A DNA stretch of 63,072 nucleotides, filler included, from Octopus bimaculoides (taxonomy: Eukaryota), in the NCBI RefSeq assembly GCF_001194135.2. It is 5 parts of 4 records of this genome, joined end to end, with 100 filler letters (N's around TTAATTAATTAA, not from the genome) between each part and the next. Parts side by side here need not be neighbours in the genome. Positions count along the whole stretch, not along the records: positions 1 to 25,105 come from NC_068983.1; positions 25,206 to 31,811 come from NC_069006.1; 3 more parts are not named here. One strand, 5' to 3'. A model generated the notes under the pieces. It ran no database searches. It saw nothing but the letters and a program-made list of their open reading frames with translations, and was not told the DNA's origin. The first letter of the stretch is position 1, and every line of letters starts with the position of its first letter. Both the position numbers and the translations under genes were made by a program. Positions 15,120 to 27,280 of this stretch are shown in pieces.

Positions 15120-15660
15120 GTGAATTGCTAGGTCAGAGGTAGACACTGAAGAGTTCATTATCGTAACTCAAGGCGATCTTTATCAAGAGGAAATTACAAG
15201 GCAAATAAACTCAGCAATAGAAAATGCTCAAAGTTTATGAATGTGGTACCCAGCTAAAAATGGTTGGCAACCTTCTATCTTCATATTCTTTAATCGCTAC
15301 TAATGAGTACAGATACAGGCAAGAAGAAATACGGGTATATAATCATTCGAAAATTTGCAAACACAATTAGAAAGAAACCTCTATAGACTAGTTTGAAAAC
15401 CTCGACTACTCACTGATATTTGTCGTCTCAATGTTCTCTGAGATGTTATAATTTATAACGATAGAACTATCATAGCAAATGGCCCAAATATTATAATAAA
15501 AATTAATATTTATAAAACGAGTCTTCTAATTGATATGGCTGTCTCCATGGAAAACAATGTCCTTGTCAAAAAACTAAATAAAGCACCTAAGTATGGTGCT
15601 AAAGACTTAAGTATGGTGATTGACAAAGATTGACAAGGACCTAAGTATGGTGATTGTCAC
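15120..15660 (+). pseudogene. Degenerate C-terminal (restriction-like endonuclease) region of an R4/Dong-like LINE
   Basis: Fragments translate as EVDTEEFIIVTQ and IIANGPNIII..SLLIDMAVSMENNV, resembling the ETEG..AQDQ and NRPDI..LID.AVP motifs; many stops. Confidence 0.55.
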
Positions 15661-16030
15661 AACGTGTAAGATGAAATACCGCTAGGATTATCTGTTATGA
15701 TCAGGGAAATCTGAGTTATAAAGGTTCAGAAAAATTCACAGACGTGTTAAGAAAACCATGATGAAACGAAATACAGAAAATAACCATACTAGACACTGCA
15801 CATATCATCCGAGTATCACTATCATCATAAATGTCATAGTTTTATAGCATTTTTACTGAATACTAATGCGCATACATGTTTTATATTTTATTTATCAGGA
15901 TTTAGCACTTCTGGAATCAGATACTCGTCCAATGTGTTAATAATTAATAAAAGCTCACTGTAATTAATAAGAGCTCGTTATCTATAGAGGAGCGTGATTT
16001 AATGGTTAGGGTGTTGGACTCATGGACATA

Positions 16031-17213
16031 CCAGGTCATTCCATAAGTCCAGTCCGATTTTATCTTTTTTAAAATTGAATGAAATTTAATAGTATTTTAG
16101 AATGTCTATAGAATCAAAAGTTTTTTTTATGCATTTGTAAACATTTAAACTAATTAAATATTATTTTACATAATAATAGAATTAAAATTTCTTTGATTAA
16201 AACCCTTTCTAACATGGAAGTATCCAAAAAGCACATATTGCTTTATGAGTAGAAAAAAGGAAACTCTGCAGCCGAAGCGACTCGAAATATGTACTCAGTT
16301 TATGGGAAAGAAATCTTGAATGAAAGAACTTGCAGAAGATGGTATACAAAATTCAGAAGTGGCAATTCAGATTTAACAATAAAGCTTAGTTGAAGCCATA
16401 CAACTGTTCATCGTCATCTTCCAAAACTTGGAAAGTTTCCTAAACTTGGAAAATGGGTGCCTCAGGAATTCTGTGAAAGCAGTTGTAAATCCCAAATTGA
16501 TATCTGCTCTTCTCTCCATTCTCCCGAACTCATTTCCCCCTTTTTGAATAGACTTGTGACTGGTGACGAAACATGGATCTTCTATCGAAATGCTAAATGT
16601 CGTAAACAGTGTCTTGGTAAAAGTGGAAGAAGCTCAACCACAACCGAGAAAGGAAGTTCATGGAAAAAAGGTTCTTCTCTCTATCTGGTGGGATTGCAAA
16701 GGAGTAATTCACTTTGAATTGTTACCACTTAATGCAACAATCAATGCTCAAGTCTACTGTAAGCAATTAAAGCGTTTGAACCAAGCTTTGAAGAAAAAAA
16801 GACCCGCTTTACTGAATCGAAAACGAGTGATGTTTCATCAGGACAGTGCGCGACTCCACACTGCAAAGATCACATCACAGAAGATCGAAGAGCTTGGTTG
16901 GGAAAGAATTCCTCATCCACCTAATTCTGACCACCTTGCGCCTTCAGACCACCATTTGTTTCGCAGTTTACAGAATCATTTGGGGGACATAACTTTCGGA
17001 AGCCAGGAGGAGGTGGAAATTAACATTTCAAAGTTCTTCGCTTTGAATCCAAAAGAGTCTTACGTTCATAGGATAAAAAAGCTTGTAAATAAATGGAAGG
17101 ATGTCATAGATAATCAGGGATAACACACTGTTGTTTAAATTTCAATTAAATATAACATTTGCTCACTAGTTTTCTGTATTCCAAATTCGGACAAAACTTA
17201 TAGGATGACCTGA
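16031..17213 (+). mobile_element. Mariner (DD34D) DNA transposon, near full length, decayed
   Basis: Imperfect TIRs ccaggtcattccataagt..gtccga / tcggacaaaacttataggatgacctga; TA target duplication at 16029-30 and 17214-15. Confidence 0.95.
16214..17123 (+). pseudogene. Mariner transposase pseudogene
   Basis: HTH start MEVSKKHILLYE*KKGNSAAEA, WVPQE (WVPHEL), VTGDETW, HQDSARLH, HPPNSDHLAPSDHHLF (YSPDLAP); stops, frameshifts and an internal deletion after RSGNSDL. Confidence 0.95.
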
Positions 17214-17409
17214 TATGAAAGTGGTTTCGATTCCTGGACCATGCGACGGGTTGTGTTCTTGAGAAAAACACTTCCTCTCACGTTGTTCTAATCTACTCAA
17301 TTGACAAATATAAGTAAATCTTCGATTTACCGGCATCCTAACCAGGTGCGGAATATATAAGCCATGAAAACTGACGCTATGAGGCTATATGACTCAGGCA
17401 GGATCTTTA

Positions 17410-17624
17410 TCTTTTACGTGTTTTAGTCATTTGACTGCGGCCATGCTAGAGCACCGCTTTTAGTCAAACAAATCGACCCCAGGACTTATACTTTCTAGGC
17501 CTAGTACTTATTGTATCGGTTACTTGTACCGAACCGCTAAGTTACGAGGACGTAAACACACCAACATCGGTTGTCAAGCAATGGTGGGGGTACAGACACA
17601 GACATATACAAACACACACACAAA

Positions 17625-17670
<46 letters not shown>
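17410..17670 (-). mobile_element. SINE family A, 3' half running into a gap
   Basis: gtcatttgactgcggccatgctagagcaccgc...ggacgtaaacacaccaacatcggttgtc. Confidence 0.9.
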
Positions 17671-18649
17671 NNNNNNNNNNNNNNNNNNNNNNNNNNNNNN
17701 NNNNNNNNNNNNNNNNNNNNNNNNNNNNNNNNNNNNNNNNNNNNNNNNNNNNNNNNNNNNNNNNNNNNNNNNNNNNNNNNNNNNNNNNNNNNNNNNNNNN
17801 NNNNNNNNNNNNNNNNNNNNNNNNNNNNNNNNNNNNNNNNNNNNNNNNNNNNNNNNNNNNNNNNNNNNNNNNNNNNNNNNNNNNNNNNNNNNNNNNNNNN
17901 NNNNNNNNNNNNNNNNNNNNNNNNNNNNNNNNNNNNNNNNNNNNNNNNNNNNNNNNNNNNNNNNNNNNNNNNNNNNNNNNNNNNNNNNNNNNNNNNNNNN
18001 NNNNNNNNNNNNNNNNNNNNNNNNNNNNNNNNNNNNNNNNNNNNNNNNNNNNNNNNNNNNNNNNNNNNNNNNNNNNNNNNNNNNNNNNNNNNNNNNNNNN
18101 NNNNNNNNNNNNNNNNNNNNNNNNNNNNNNNNNNNNNNNNNNNNNNNNNNNNNNNNNNNNNNNNNNNNNNNNNNNNNNNNNNNNNNNNNNNNNNNNNNNN
18201 NNNNNNNNNNNNNNNNNNNNNNNNNNNNNNNNNNNNNNNNNNNNNNNNNNNNNNNNNNNNNNNNNNNNNNNNNNNNNNNNNNNNNNNNNNNNNNNNNNNN
18301 NNNNNNNNNNNNNNNNNNNNNNNNNNNNNNNNNNNNNNNNNNNNNNNNNNNNNNNNNNNNNNNNNNNNNNNNNNNNNNNNNNNNNNNNNNNNNNNNNNNN
18401 NNNNNNNNNNNNNAAAAGTCGTCAGAATTTTGGAAAATAAATCTTTATTTCTTCATTACAATTAGCGCTTGTGCTCGTTTCTTGAACTTATGAAAAATAA
18501 AATTTTGTGAATGTACAAACAGTTTGTTCATTTATATAAAACATATGTTTTGGTGGGATTTTGTTTAGAAATAAAAATTGTTTTCGTTTTTTAGGGTGAG
18601 GTTCCGTTGAAAATGGAGATAGATAAATAGAAATATAGGTAGAAATATA

Positions 18650-18665
18650 GGTAGCTAGATAGGCT

Positions 18666-18723
<58 letters not shown>

Positions 18724-18725
18724 CA
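18650..18725. repeat. (ATAG)n microsatellite
   Basis: Direct reading. Confidence 0.95.
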
Positions 18726-19143
18726 GGTAGAAAGTGGGAGAGAGAGAAGGCTGATCCCCTCTTATTCAGCATTTATTTATATATTTAGTCATCTACTATT
18801 GTATTGGATTGGGTTAAGGAATTTGGAGAGAATTTTTGGAATACTCCCCAAAACTGAATGTTTGAAAGAAAAGGGGCGACAGTACATTTTGCATTCTAAA
18901 TATAACTCAAAGCGGAAAAAGGAAGAAAGGGGAAACAAGAAGGAAAGAGGGGGTAAAAAGACTGTCAGTGATGACCACACCGCACCTGTGTTTATTTATT
19001 TATTATTTTTTTGTAGAGGTCACCTTCCTTAAACCCATACCCATACAGTGGCAAATGACTAAATAAATAAATTAATTAATGGTGATTACGAATGGGGATC
19101 CCCTTGTTTCTCCCTCCCTCTCTCAACCTTTCTATCTGATTGA

Positions 19144-19174
<31 letters not shown>

Positions 19175-19780
19175 CCTACCTACCTATATTTCTATCTATC
19201 CATCTCCATTATGAACGGAACCNNNNNNNNNNNNNNNCCCCCCCCCCCAATGTTCTCTTCTTCTAAACAAAACCCGCCGAAGACAAGTTTTATATAAATG
19301 AATAAACTGTTGGTACATTCACTTTTCACTAAATTTTATTTTTGACAATTTCGAGAAACGAACGAAAGTGTTAATAGTAATGAAGAAATAAAAAGAAATT
19401 TTTCAAAAATTCTGTCTTTTTATGTCAATATTCAATTTCTGTACATCGCATCTAACATTCTGTACATACATACATACATACATACATACATACATACATA
19501 CATACATAAATAAAGGCATATTTATATATGTATACATGTGTGTACACACACACACATATATACATACATACATACATACATACATAAATAAAGGCATATT
19601 TATATATGTATACATGTGTGTACACACACACACATATATACATACATACATACATANNNNNNNNNNNNNNNNNNNNNNNNNNNNNNNNNNNNNNNNNNNN
19701 NNNNNNNNNNNNNNNNNNNNNNNNNNNNNNNNNNNNNNNNNNNNNNNNNNNNNNNNNNNNNNNNNNNNNNNNNNNNNNAT

Positions 19781-19813
<33 letters not shown>

Positions 19814-20007
19814 GTTTAGCCACAATGATATTTCCCCGATTTTATACTTCGTTCAAGTGAGGTCGGTAATTTTGTATTATTTGGCATTCAAATTTCTTCT
19901 GCTTCAGCACCACAATTTGTCCCTCTTACTCGCACATGAGTTTATATATATTTATAGATCTACGTAGAGCAAAATGACTCTCTCTCTCATATCTCTCTAT
20001 CTCTCTC

Positions 20008-20053
<46 letters not shown>

Positions 20054-20555
20054 TCACTTCCTCATTGAACACAATTCGTCATCTTTACACGCTTTGGAGA
20101 ATATACCTAATCCACCTCATCCACACCGATCATAGTATACTCTCGTTCAGTGAATCACACATGCCCTCGTACCATCTTTCTCTCTCTCTCTTTTCTCCAA
20201 TGTTATCTTCTTTCTTTCTGTCTTTCCTTCTTCCCTTCCTTCCAGTACATGCGTCCGTGCATCTTATTTACCAAACTAGGGAACACCCACCCCTTCAACA
20301 CCACCACTGTGGAAGTCGTGAATTTGAATTACGATTTCAGGATACATTAGTTGGTGACTAAAGTGGCAAACCACACAGCTTGCTCTGTGAAGAGGGAATT
20401 TTCTCTGCTATTTAGACAGCCTACAATAGCAGAAACCAAATCTGCCTAAGGCCGCCCAAATAGCATTTCTGTATTGAAATTGGCGATGGCGTTATCCTCG
20501 TTCAGGTCTTCTACTATAGGCACAAGTTCCGAAATTTTGGCTAGTCGATTACAAC

Positions 20556-21325
20556 GGGTCCAGGCGAGTTTGTCTAAAATAATTTGTCTAAAACAATTTG
20601 TGTAAAACAGTATTAATCTTAAAACAATTTGTCTACAACACAATTTGACTAAAGTATAATATTATTGGTTTCTTTTTTGACGAATTCGTACTTTTTACTC
20701 ATAATTCATAATACCTTGGGTTTATAACTACTGCTAACTATTTATAAAAAAAAAACATTTGGATTATTTTAATTCAAAATGCATAAAAAGCAAAAGATAG
20801 TTTTTTCTGAAAGGACTTATTAAATCTTAAAAGGAAATGTTGTGTGCTATACCACGAACGTAATCAATAAAATTTTGTGGGTCAAAATTTTGAACAAGAC
20901 TTTTTATTCATTTTGTAGTATCTCGATGGCACTGCTTTGGAAGTTCTGGCTCCATTCCAGCAATATTCTGCTTAATACAAATCTCGTTTAGAGTTAGTTC
21001 ATTTTGTAAAAAGTTGATAAATTTCCAGAAGTTGGATAAGTACCAATGTGTGTTTCGAATGCTCGATGCCGTTTTTCGACAGAGTTATTTGTTTTGGGCA
21101 AATCATCAAGAACTCGTAAATACATATTCCACATCTTTAGTGGGAAGAGAGATGGGCGTCGCGCATTCCTTCTGTTGGGCTTTCCAATCCACCTATCCTC
21201 GAAAAATCAACGATTTCTTGTGCTTCATCAGGGAAGGTGTAGTTATCACAGAATAACTCAAATACTTTTGTTACTGTGCCTACTGGAACAAATGCTAATG
21301 CCAGCAACATCCTAATTACTAACGC
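20556..21325 (-). mobile_element. 3' end of a MULE/Mutator transposon: transposase C-terminus (20827-21325) plus terminus with subterminal repeats
   Basis: Minus-strand translation with frameshifts: MLLALAFVP..FEDRWIG..FPLKMWNMYLRVLDDLPKTNNSVEKRHRAF..WKFINFLQ..IDYVRGIAHNISF*, matching the animal MULE C-terminal pattern; aatttgtcta-type repeats at 20566-20650. Confidence 0.85.
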
Positions 21326-21499
21326 AAAGTTAGGGTCTGTTTCAAATTTTCATTTTAAAGCATTACTTTGAAATTCACACAAAATAGAATGGTTGAAGTG
21401 GAAAAAGCAACCTTTCTGTTCTGCACTAGGAAATTCTTTCAAAAATGCCCTAAGGTCATTGTAATCAGTACCCGGCGAGTTTGGCAGAAATAGAAACTA

Positions 21500-22620
21500 T
21501 GCCCGAATAGCTCAAAGAAGTGAAAGCTATCCTAAGTCCGATATCCACTGAAAAGGCAAACACACAAAATTACAGAACGATAACTTGTATCCCGAAAATT
21601 TACAAAATATTTACTGCAGTAATATTGCAGTGAAGGGGCAAACATCCGGAAGAAAACAACTTGTCTCTAGAAGAGCAAAGAACAAAAGGGATCTGCAAGG
21701 CTGTAAAGATCAGCTACTGAACAATAAAGCGCAGAAATAAGAAAGGTCTAAATACGGCCTGGATGGATTACCAAAAGGCTTTCGATAGTATTTCCTACAC
21801 ATAGATCCTAGAAACATTAGCCACGAAGAAGGTAGCATAAATAATCTTAAAAGATATAGAACATGTAATGTTTTATAGACAGTGCAGACAGTGCTACAAC
21901 AAAAACGGACTCATAAAAACCAAAGCCATCCCCATTAAAAGAGGAATATTCCATGGAGACATGCTCTCGCACTTCTTTAATGCTTAGCACTGACACCTTT
22001 ATTTGACATGCTAAACAGAACTGGATATGGATAAAACTGTTACGGCAAAACAATCAGCCAAGTCTTGTATAAGGATGAATTAAAACTGTACGCTACAAAT
22101 GATAAACATCCGGAAACATTACTACCGACTGTACATGGATTTACTAAAGAAAAATCTTTCAAAGCAACCCTGAAAACATGAATACTAGTTAAGAGTAACA
22201 TCACACTAGATAAAACAGATGAAATAAGAGAATTAGAACAAAACCAGACATACAAATACCTAGGAGTCAATGAACTAGACACAATACAAAAATGAAAGAG
22301 AAAATAAAAAAGGAATAAAAAAGGAGTCAGATTAATACGGAAAAACAGAGCTCACTGCGAAAAAGAATGTAATAGTCTTCAACACTTTATCCGTCCCAGT
22401 TAAAAGTTACAGCTACAATATTCTTAACTGGACTAAATGGACTAATAAAAATAGACAGGAAAACAAAAAGAAATACAATTAACACGATTTAGGATGCACC
22501 AGCCCAAATCTGACATAGAAAGGCTCTATATACAACGTATCGAAGGTGATAGAGGCCTGATATAGCAAGAAAACTATTACAAAATAACCACCATAGGACT
22601 ATAGAAATACCTACAAAACT
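21500..22620 (+). pseudogene. R4/Dong-clade non-LTR retrotransposon reverse transcriptase relic
   Basis: ITCIPKIYKIFTAV, GCKDQLLN, AWMDYQKAFDSI, RGIFHGD, LYKDELKLYA (YMDDLKLY), TYKYLGV, RMHQPKSDIERLYI..EGDRGL; many stops and indels. Confidence 0.92.
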
Positions 22621-23580
22621 GAAATCCAAACTAAAACTGAAACAAAAATTTAGTAGTTTACATGGGAGGCTGAGGGAACATCTTAGCATGCATAGATTAT
22701 AGGAAAGCCTATGACTTATGGATAAGTCAATATTTGAGTATGTACAGTATTGCAGACAACATAAGAGAATTACTTAGCTTTTGCGTGAACGAAATTCAAA
22801 GTAGGTCCATATGTAGGTGACACACTCTTGCGGGAAAGTTAATACTGAAAGATCGTGTCTCATGAACACAGTTCTGTTGATTTTTATTTGTCGGTACGTT
22901 CTTAAAAAGTGTTGTGTTGGTGAGATGCCACTGCTACCAATGATTTTTATTTATCAAGACACAATCTCTAGGGTTTTGCTAGCCAAAAGGTTTGTTAGTA
23001 GCTGCACAAGATCAAGCGTTACAGACTAATTGGATAAATGCGAAGATAGACAAAAAGCAAGTAGATTTCCAATGTATGTATGTATAGTATATGTATATGT
23101 ATATTTGTATGTATATGTAAGCGGACCAATGCTTGGCCGGCTTTTACATATAATTTACAAGCAATCATATGAGAAATTTCAGTCGGAAAATACTTCACCT
23201 AACATTCCTGCATTAATAACCACCGAAATATCTTTGAATGTAGATATCTTCATAAAAATATGCACGACAAATAAATTATGGAGTAAATACTACTCCAGTA
23301 AACATCAATATTTTGACGGAGTAATTATTTTCCAAAATTATATACTAATTTGCATAATTTCTCAACGTAATATTTTTCTTTTCTTCTAATTTGTGATAAT
23401 TTCCAATGAGTATTGAAGTGTTTGCGATAATACAAAGTTATTAGTTATTTGATCTGGTAATAAGAAGTAATTTCAAACAATATCTTGTAGGCAATGTCAA
23501 ACGATTTGCACTTATGCAAAATTTTGGCCTTTCCGCTACAGAGCTCCAAAACTGCTGTCTAAGTCTTCAAACATTTGCTC

Positions 23581-23663
<83 letters not shown>

Positions 23664-23906
23664 AACTCACACATGTATAGTTCTAAGCTTGCATCTGATT
23701 CTATGTGAGCGCGTTTGTTGGAATTGAAGGAGTTAAATCACAACAAATTCCTGAGAGCAATTATAGTCATAAAGAGCTTTCTCTTAACTTGTTTTACTTT
23801 GCACATGGAAAACACTCTTTCATCGTAACCAACTGTTTGAATTGCAGCTGAATGGGTGTATATGTTAACATGCAATCATAAAGCATAAGTCTATCACAGC
23901 ATATAT

Positions 23907-24230
23907 GAAGGCGCATGCCTCATCGGTTAGAGCGTCGGGTTTACAGTCGTGAGGTTGTGAGTTTTGATTCCCAGACCGGGCTGTGCTTTGTGTTCTCGAC
24001 CAAGACATTTTCTTTCCTGTTGCTCCAGTTCACTCAGCTGTAGATATGAGTTGCGATATCACTGGTGCCAAGCTGTATCGGCCTTTGCCTTTCCCTTGGA
24101 TATCATTGATGGCATGGAGAGGGGACACTACTATACATTGGTGATTCCCGAACTTGTAATTCGGAGAGGGACTTTCTAGGTGCAATTCCATGGCCATTCA
24201 TGACTGAACGGGTTCTTTACCCTTTCATCT
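23907..24230 (+). mobile_element. tRNA-derived SINE, family C, full length, probable TSD ctatcacagca
   Basis: A/B-box-like head, cactcagctgtag core, LINE-like 3' tail; ctatcacagca at 23891-23901 and 24236-24246. Confidence 0.88.
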
Positions 24231-25105
24231 TTAGCCTATCACAGCAAAATGGCTATTTTGACCGTTGCCAGTGCTAACTATTAATAATATTTGTTTATCG
24301 GGATCTAGAGTTAAAGTGCAAAACGTAAGGATGTAGCCAAAGCATCATTAACATTTTCTGTTGATATTTGAACTGGTCGATTGACTGTATCGATGGCGCG
24401 TCAATTCAATGCCACACGATATTTAGCCGGTTGATATCCCCGCGGGATCGTGAAAGTGTTAATATTCAACTCATAGGGAGAATATATTCTAATCTTTCTT
24501 AACCCACAATAAACGAAACGATCACCGACTGCGGGATACACTTTAACAGCGAAGATTTCAGAAATTATCCTAGAACATGAGATAAAGATATTGTATGTAT
24601 AAGTAATTATTATATGAATTATGAAAAGTAAATGTTTGTTTCCTCGTACGAAGGGACGCAAAAATGTATATTTTAATTACTCTCTCTCTTTGAAAATCAA
24701 CCATGCGCATGTACATAATATATGTCAGCCATACACAGAAAAACACATATATAAATATGTTGATTCTGTGTGTGTGTTTGTGAGTGTATGCATGTGTATT
24801 TACGCGCGCGCGTGTTCGTGTGTGCAACCAATAATCGCTGAAACAGAAATACTTGAAAGCTAGTTATGCTTCAGAACATGTGAGATGACATTTGTTTTCA
24901 GAGATACGCATTGGGCATTATGACGCCAACGTTGCAACATAGTAGTTGGTGTTGATATAATGTTGCCGATTAAATCTAGTTTTCCAAAGAGACCATTTCA
25001 CTTTACTGAATAATTACAATATTTAATGGCATATAAAGTATTTCATTATATAAATTATTGATATCGTACAATATATATATATGCATATATATATATATAT
25101 ATATA

Positions 25106-25205
25106 NNNNNNNNNNNNNNNNNNNNNNNNNNNNNNNNNNNNNNNNNNNNTTAATTAATTAANNNNNNNNNNNNNNNNNNNNNNNNNNNNNNNNNNNNNNN
25201 NNNNN
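25106..25205. other. Artificial scaffold-join spacer (44N-TTAATTAATTAA-44N); also at 31812-31911, 54477-54576 and 60145-60244
   Basis: Four identical 100-base constructs; the 12-mer gives stops in all six frames. Confidence 0.95.
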
Positions 25206-25244
<39 letters not shown>

Positions 25245-25399
25245 CATATAGATATATACATATATACATACATATATAAAGTAACAAACTGAGGAAAAGA
25301 AATCCTTCAAAGGAGTGTATTAAGCATCCAATTCAATGGTACGTTAGTTGAATACCATATAAATATTGGTATAATGCAATGACAAAGGTAAATTAAACA

Positions 25400-25728
25400 G
25401 AGAGATACTCTTGACAATTCAATTTATTTATATTATAATATTACATGATATACTTTGATATAATATAATATCATATAACATAAACAATTATTTTTAAAAA
25501 ACCCATAAAAGGCCAACAAATTGTTTTAACTCATATACATATTCTGATATACGTATATATAAGGGAACTTATTGGGTATGTATATCAGAAAATGTATATA
25601 GGTCAAAAGAATTTGTTGGCCTTTTATGTTTTTTTTAATAATTGTTTATGTTATATATTATGTTATATATCAATGTATATCATGTAATATAATATAAATA
25701 AATTATTGGATTGTCAATAGTATCTCTC
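25400..25728. repeat. ~330-bp AT-rich fold-back with ~155-bp diverged arms
   Basis: gagagatactcttgacaat... versus ...attgtcaatagtatctctc; internal cataaaaggccaacaaatt / aatttgttggccttttatg. Confidence 0.88.
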
Positions 25729-25769
25729 TATTTATCTNNNNNNNNNNTATATATATATACACACATACA

Positions 25770-26027
25770 CAGCTGTGGGTGTGTGATAAGAAGCTTGCTT
25801 CCCCACCACATTGTTTCAGGCTCAGTCCCACTGTGTAGCACCTTAGGCAAGTGTCTTCTACTACAGGCTTGGTCGACCAAATCCTTGTGAATGGATTTGG
25901 TAGACGGAAACTGAAAAAGGCCTGTTGTATATGTATAAATCTCTGTGTGTATATCTCTGCGTCTGTGTTTGTCCCCACCATCATTGCATGACAACCGATG
26001 TTGGTGTGTTTACGTCCCTGTAACTTA
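25770..26027 (+). mobile_element. SINE family A, 5' two-thirds
   Basis: gataagaagcttgcttcc head, caccttaggcaagtgtc core. Confidence 0.9.
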
Positions 26028-26310
26028 ATGCTACTCCACTAGCAATGTGCACCAAAGAACGAAGAGCAGTGACCCGAGAGATGGTAATGATGAACCGGTT
26101 CACCACTACCATCTCTCAAGCTTGCTGAATATTCTCATCAGTGGCAGAGGTTGTCCAGCATCCTGCTCCTTCTTAGTGCATCATGCTTGTCCGACCACTT
26201 TTAAACTTCTCAATCCACTCATATACACTTCTACGCAGTTGCGCACTGTCCTCGTATTGTGCTAAAAGCCTTTGATGAATTTCAGCACCTGACACACCTT
26301 TTCTAAATGC
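26028..26310. pseudogene. Mariner transposase N-terminal fragment with internal inversion
   Basis: + strand 26028-26077 reads M..PLAMCTKE.RAV-like; - strand 26310-26080 reads GVSGAEIHQRLLAQYEDSAQLRRSVYEWIEKFKSGRTS..TDENIQQA. Confidence 0.85.
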
Positions 26311-26574
26311 ATTCAAACTTTTATTCATTTTCTACAATTAATAATAGTTCCCTTCGTTACTCTGGCTGTTCTGGTGGTGGATATAACAATAGTAACAATC
26401 TTTCCTGGGAGGTTATTTTCCAGGACTCCTTGTGTTTGACAGTATTATTTTCAGCACAAAATACCTTAATGACATTCAATAATATCCTGTTATCCATGAA
26501 TATGCTGACATCTGAATGAGTTGTCAAATCAAACATTGATTTTTTTGATGTGAGACAATTACTCCACATGAAGA

Positions 26575-26820
26575 CACATGGTCCAGTGATTAGGGCATTG
26601 CACAGATGATTGCAAGATCGTAGTTTCGATTCTTGGACTGGGTGGTGTATTGTGTTCTTGAGTAAAACAATTTATTTAATGGTTTTTCAATCCACATAGC
26701 TGTAAACGAGTAACCCTGCAACAGACTGGCATCCTGTTCAGGGAGAATGCTGTGACCTTGGTCCCTTATATACCATGGAGACTGGATAACCAGCCTTATG
26801 AGTCCTAGGGCTTGAGGCAG
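26575..26820 (+). mobile_element. SINE family D (diverged)
   Basis: tggtccagtgattaggg A-box, gtttcgattc B-box, ccatggagactgg..ttatgagtcc tail. Confidence 0.75.
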
Positions 26821-26999
26821 TAGTATCCAAAATGATAGATTACTCTGCCACAGTTTTTATTTCTTCATAGCTTCAAGTTTATCTTGTTACCCTTTAAGGT
26901 TTGTAGAAGCTTCTAGAAGCCACTCCCAAATAACATGCTCTCTTTGAAACCATCACAGTCTATGAGGATTTCAAGGGGGCATGTCATTTGGTGCTGACT

Positions 27000-27280
27000 G
27001 ATACAGAATTACAGAGGCTTTGAGTGCTTTCTAAGTCTATTATGGGATAGATGGACATAATAACAATGGACAAAGTGGATGAGCTAAGAACTCTCTTTTG
27101 TTCTTGTTGCTAAACCTCTATGGACAACACCACTCATGTTTTCTGCACCACTGAAACATTGTCCGCAAGTTTTGGCTTCAGCGTCCTGAGTATATTTTTG
27201 ACCAATTCATATAGTTGATGGTAGAGCATAAAACCTGTTGAAAGATTCCTTGATTTCTCCTGCAGTGATAAACTTGAGAT
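27000..27280 (-). pseudogene. hAT (ZMYM1/Charlie-like) transposase relic
   Basis: KFITAGEIKESFNRFY and CGQCFSGAENMSGVVHRGLATRTKE..FVHCY, matching the GQ.YDGA.NMSG...G....HC..H hAT signature. Confidence 0.8.

Larger units (their letters stand above)
15986..17410 (+). mobile_element. tRNA-derived SINE, family D, split by the mariner (15986-16030 and 17214-17410)
   Basis: A-box half (tggttagggtgttggactcatg) left of the mariner, B-box half (ggtttcgattcctggacc) and body right of it; intact relative at 26575-26820. Confidence 0.8.

Noticed and set aside
19465-19656. ~80-bp tandem duplication with (TACA)n
   Set aside because: Microsatellite-rich and gap-adjacent; slippage or assembly echo.
20246-20361. 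Pyrimidine tract + CAG as an exon acceptor
   Set aside because: The tract is microsatellite-like, the donor is weak and no protein is recognisable.
24401-24570. Minus-strand 55-codon frame after a ttctag acceptor
   Set aside because: No motif recognised and no partner exon.
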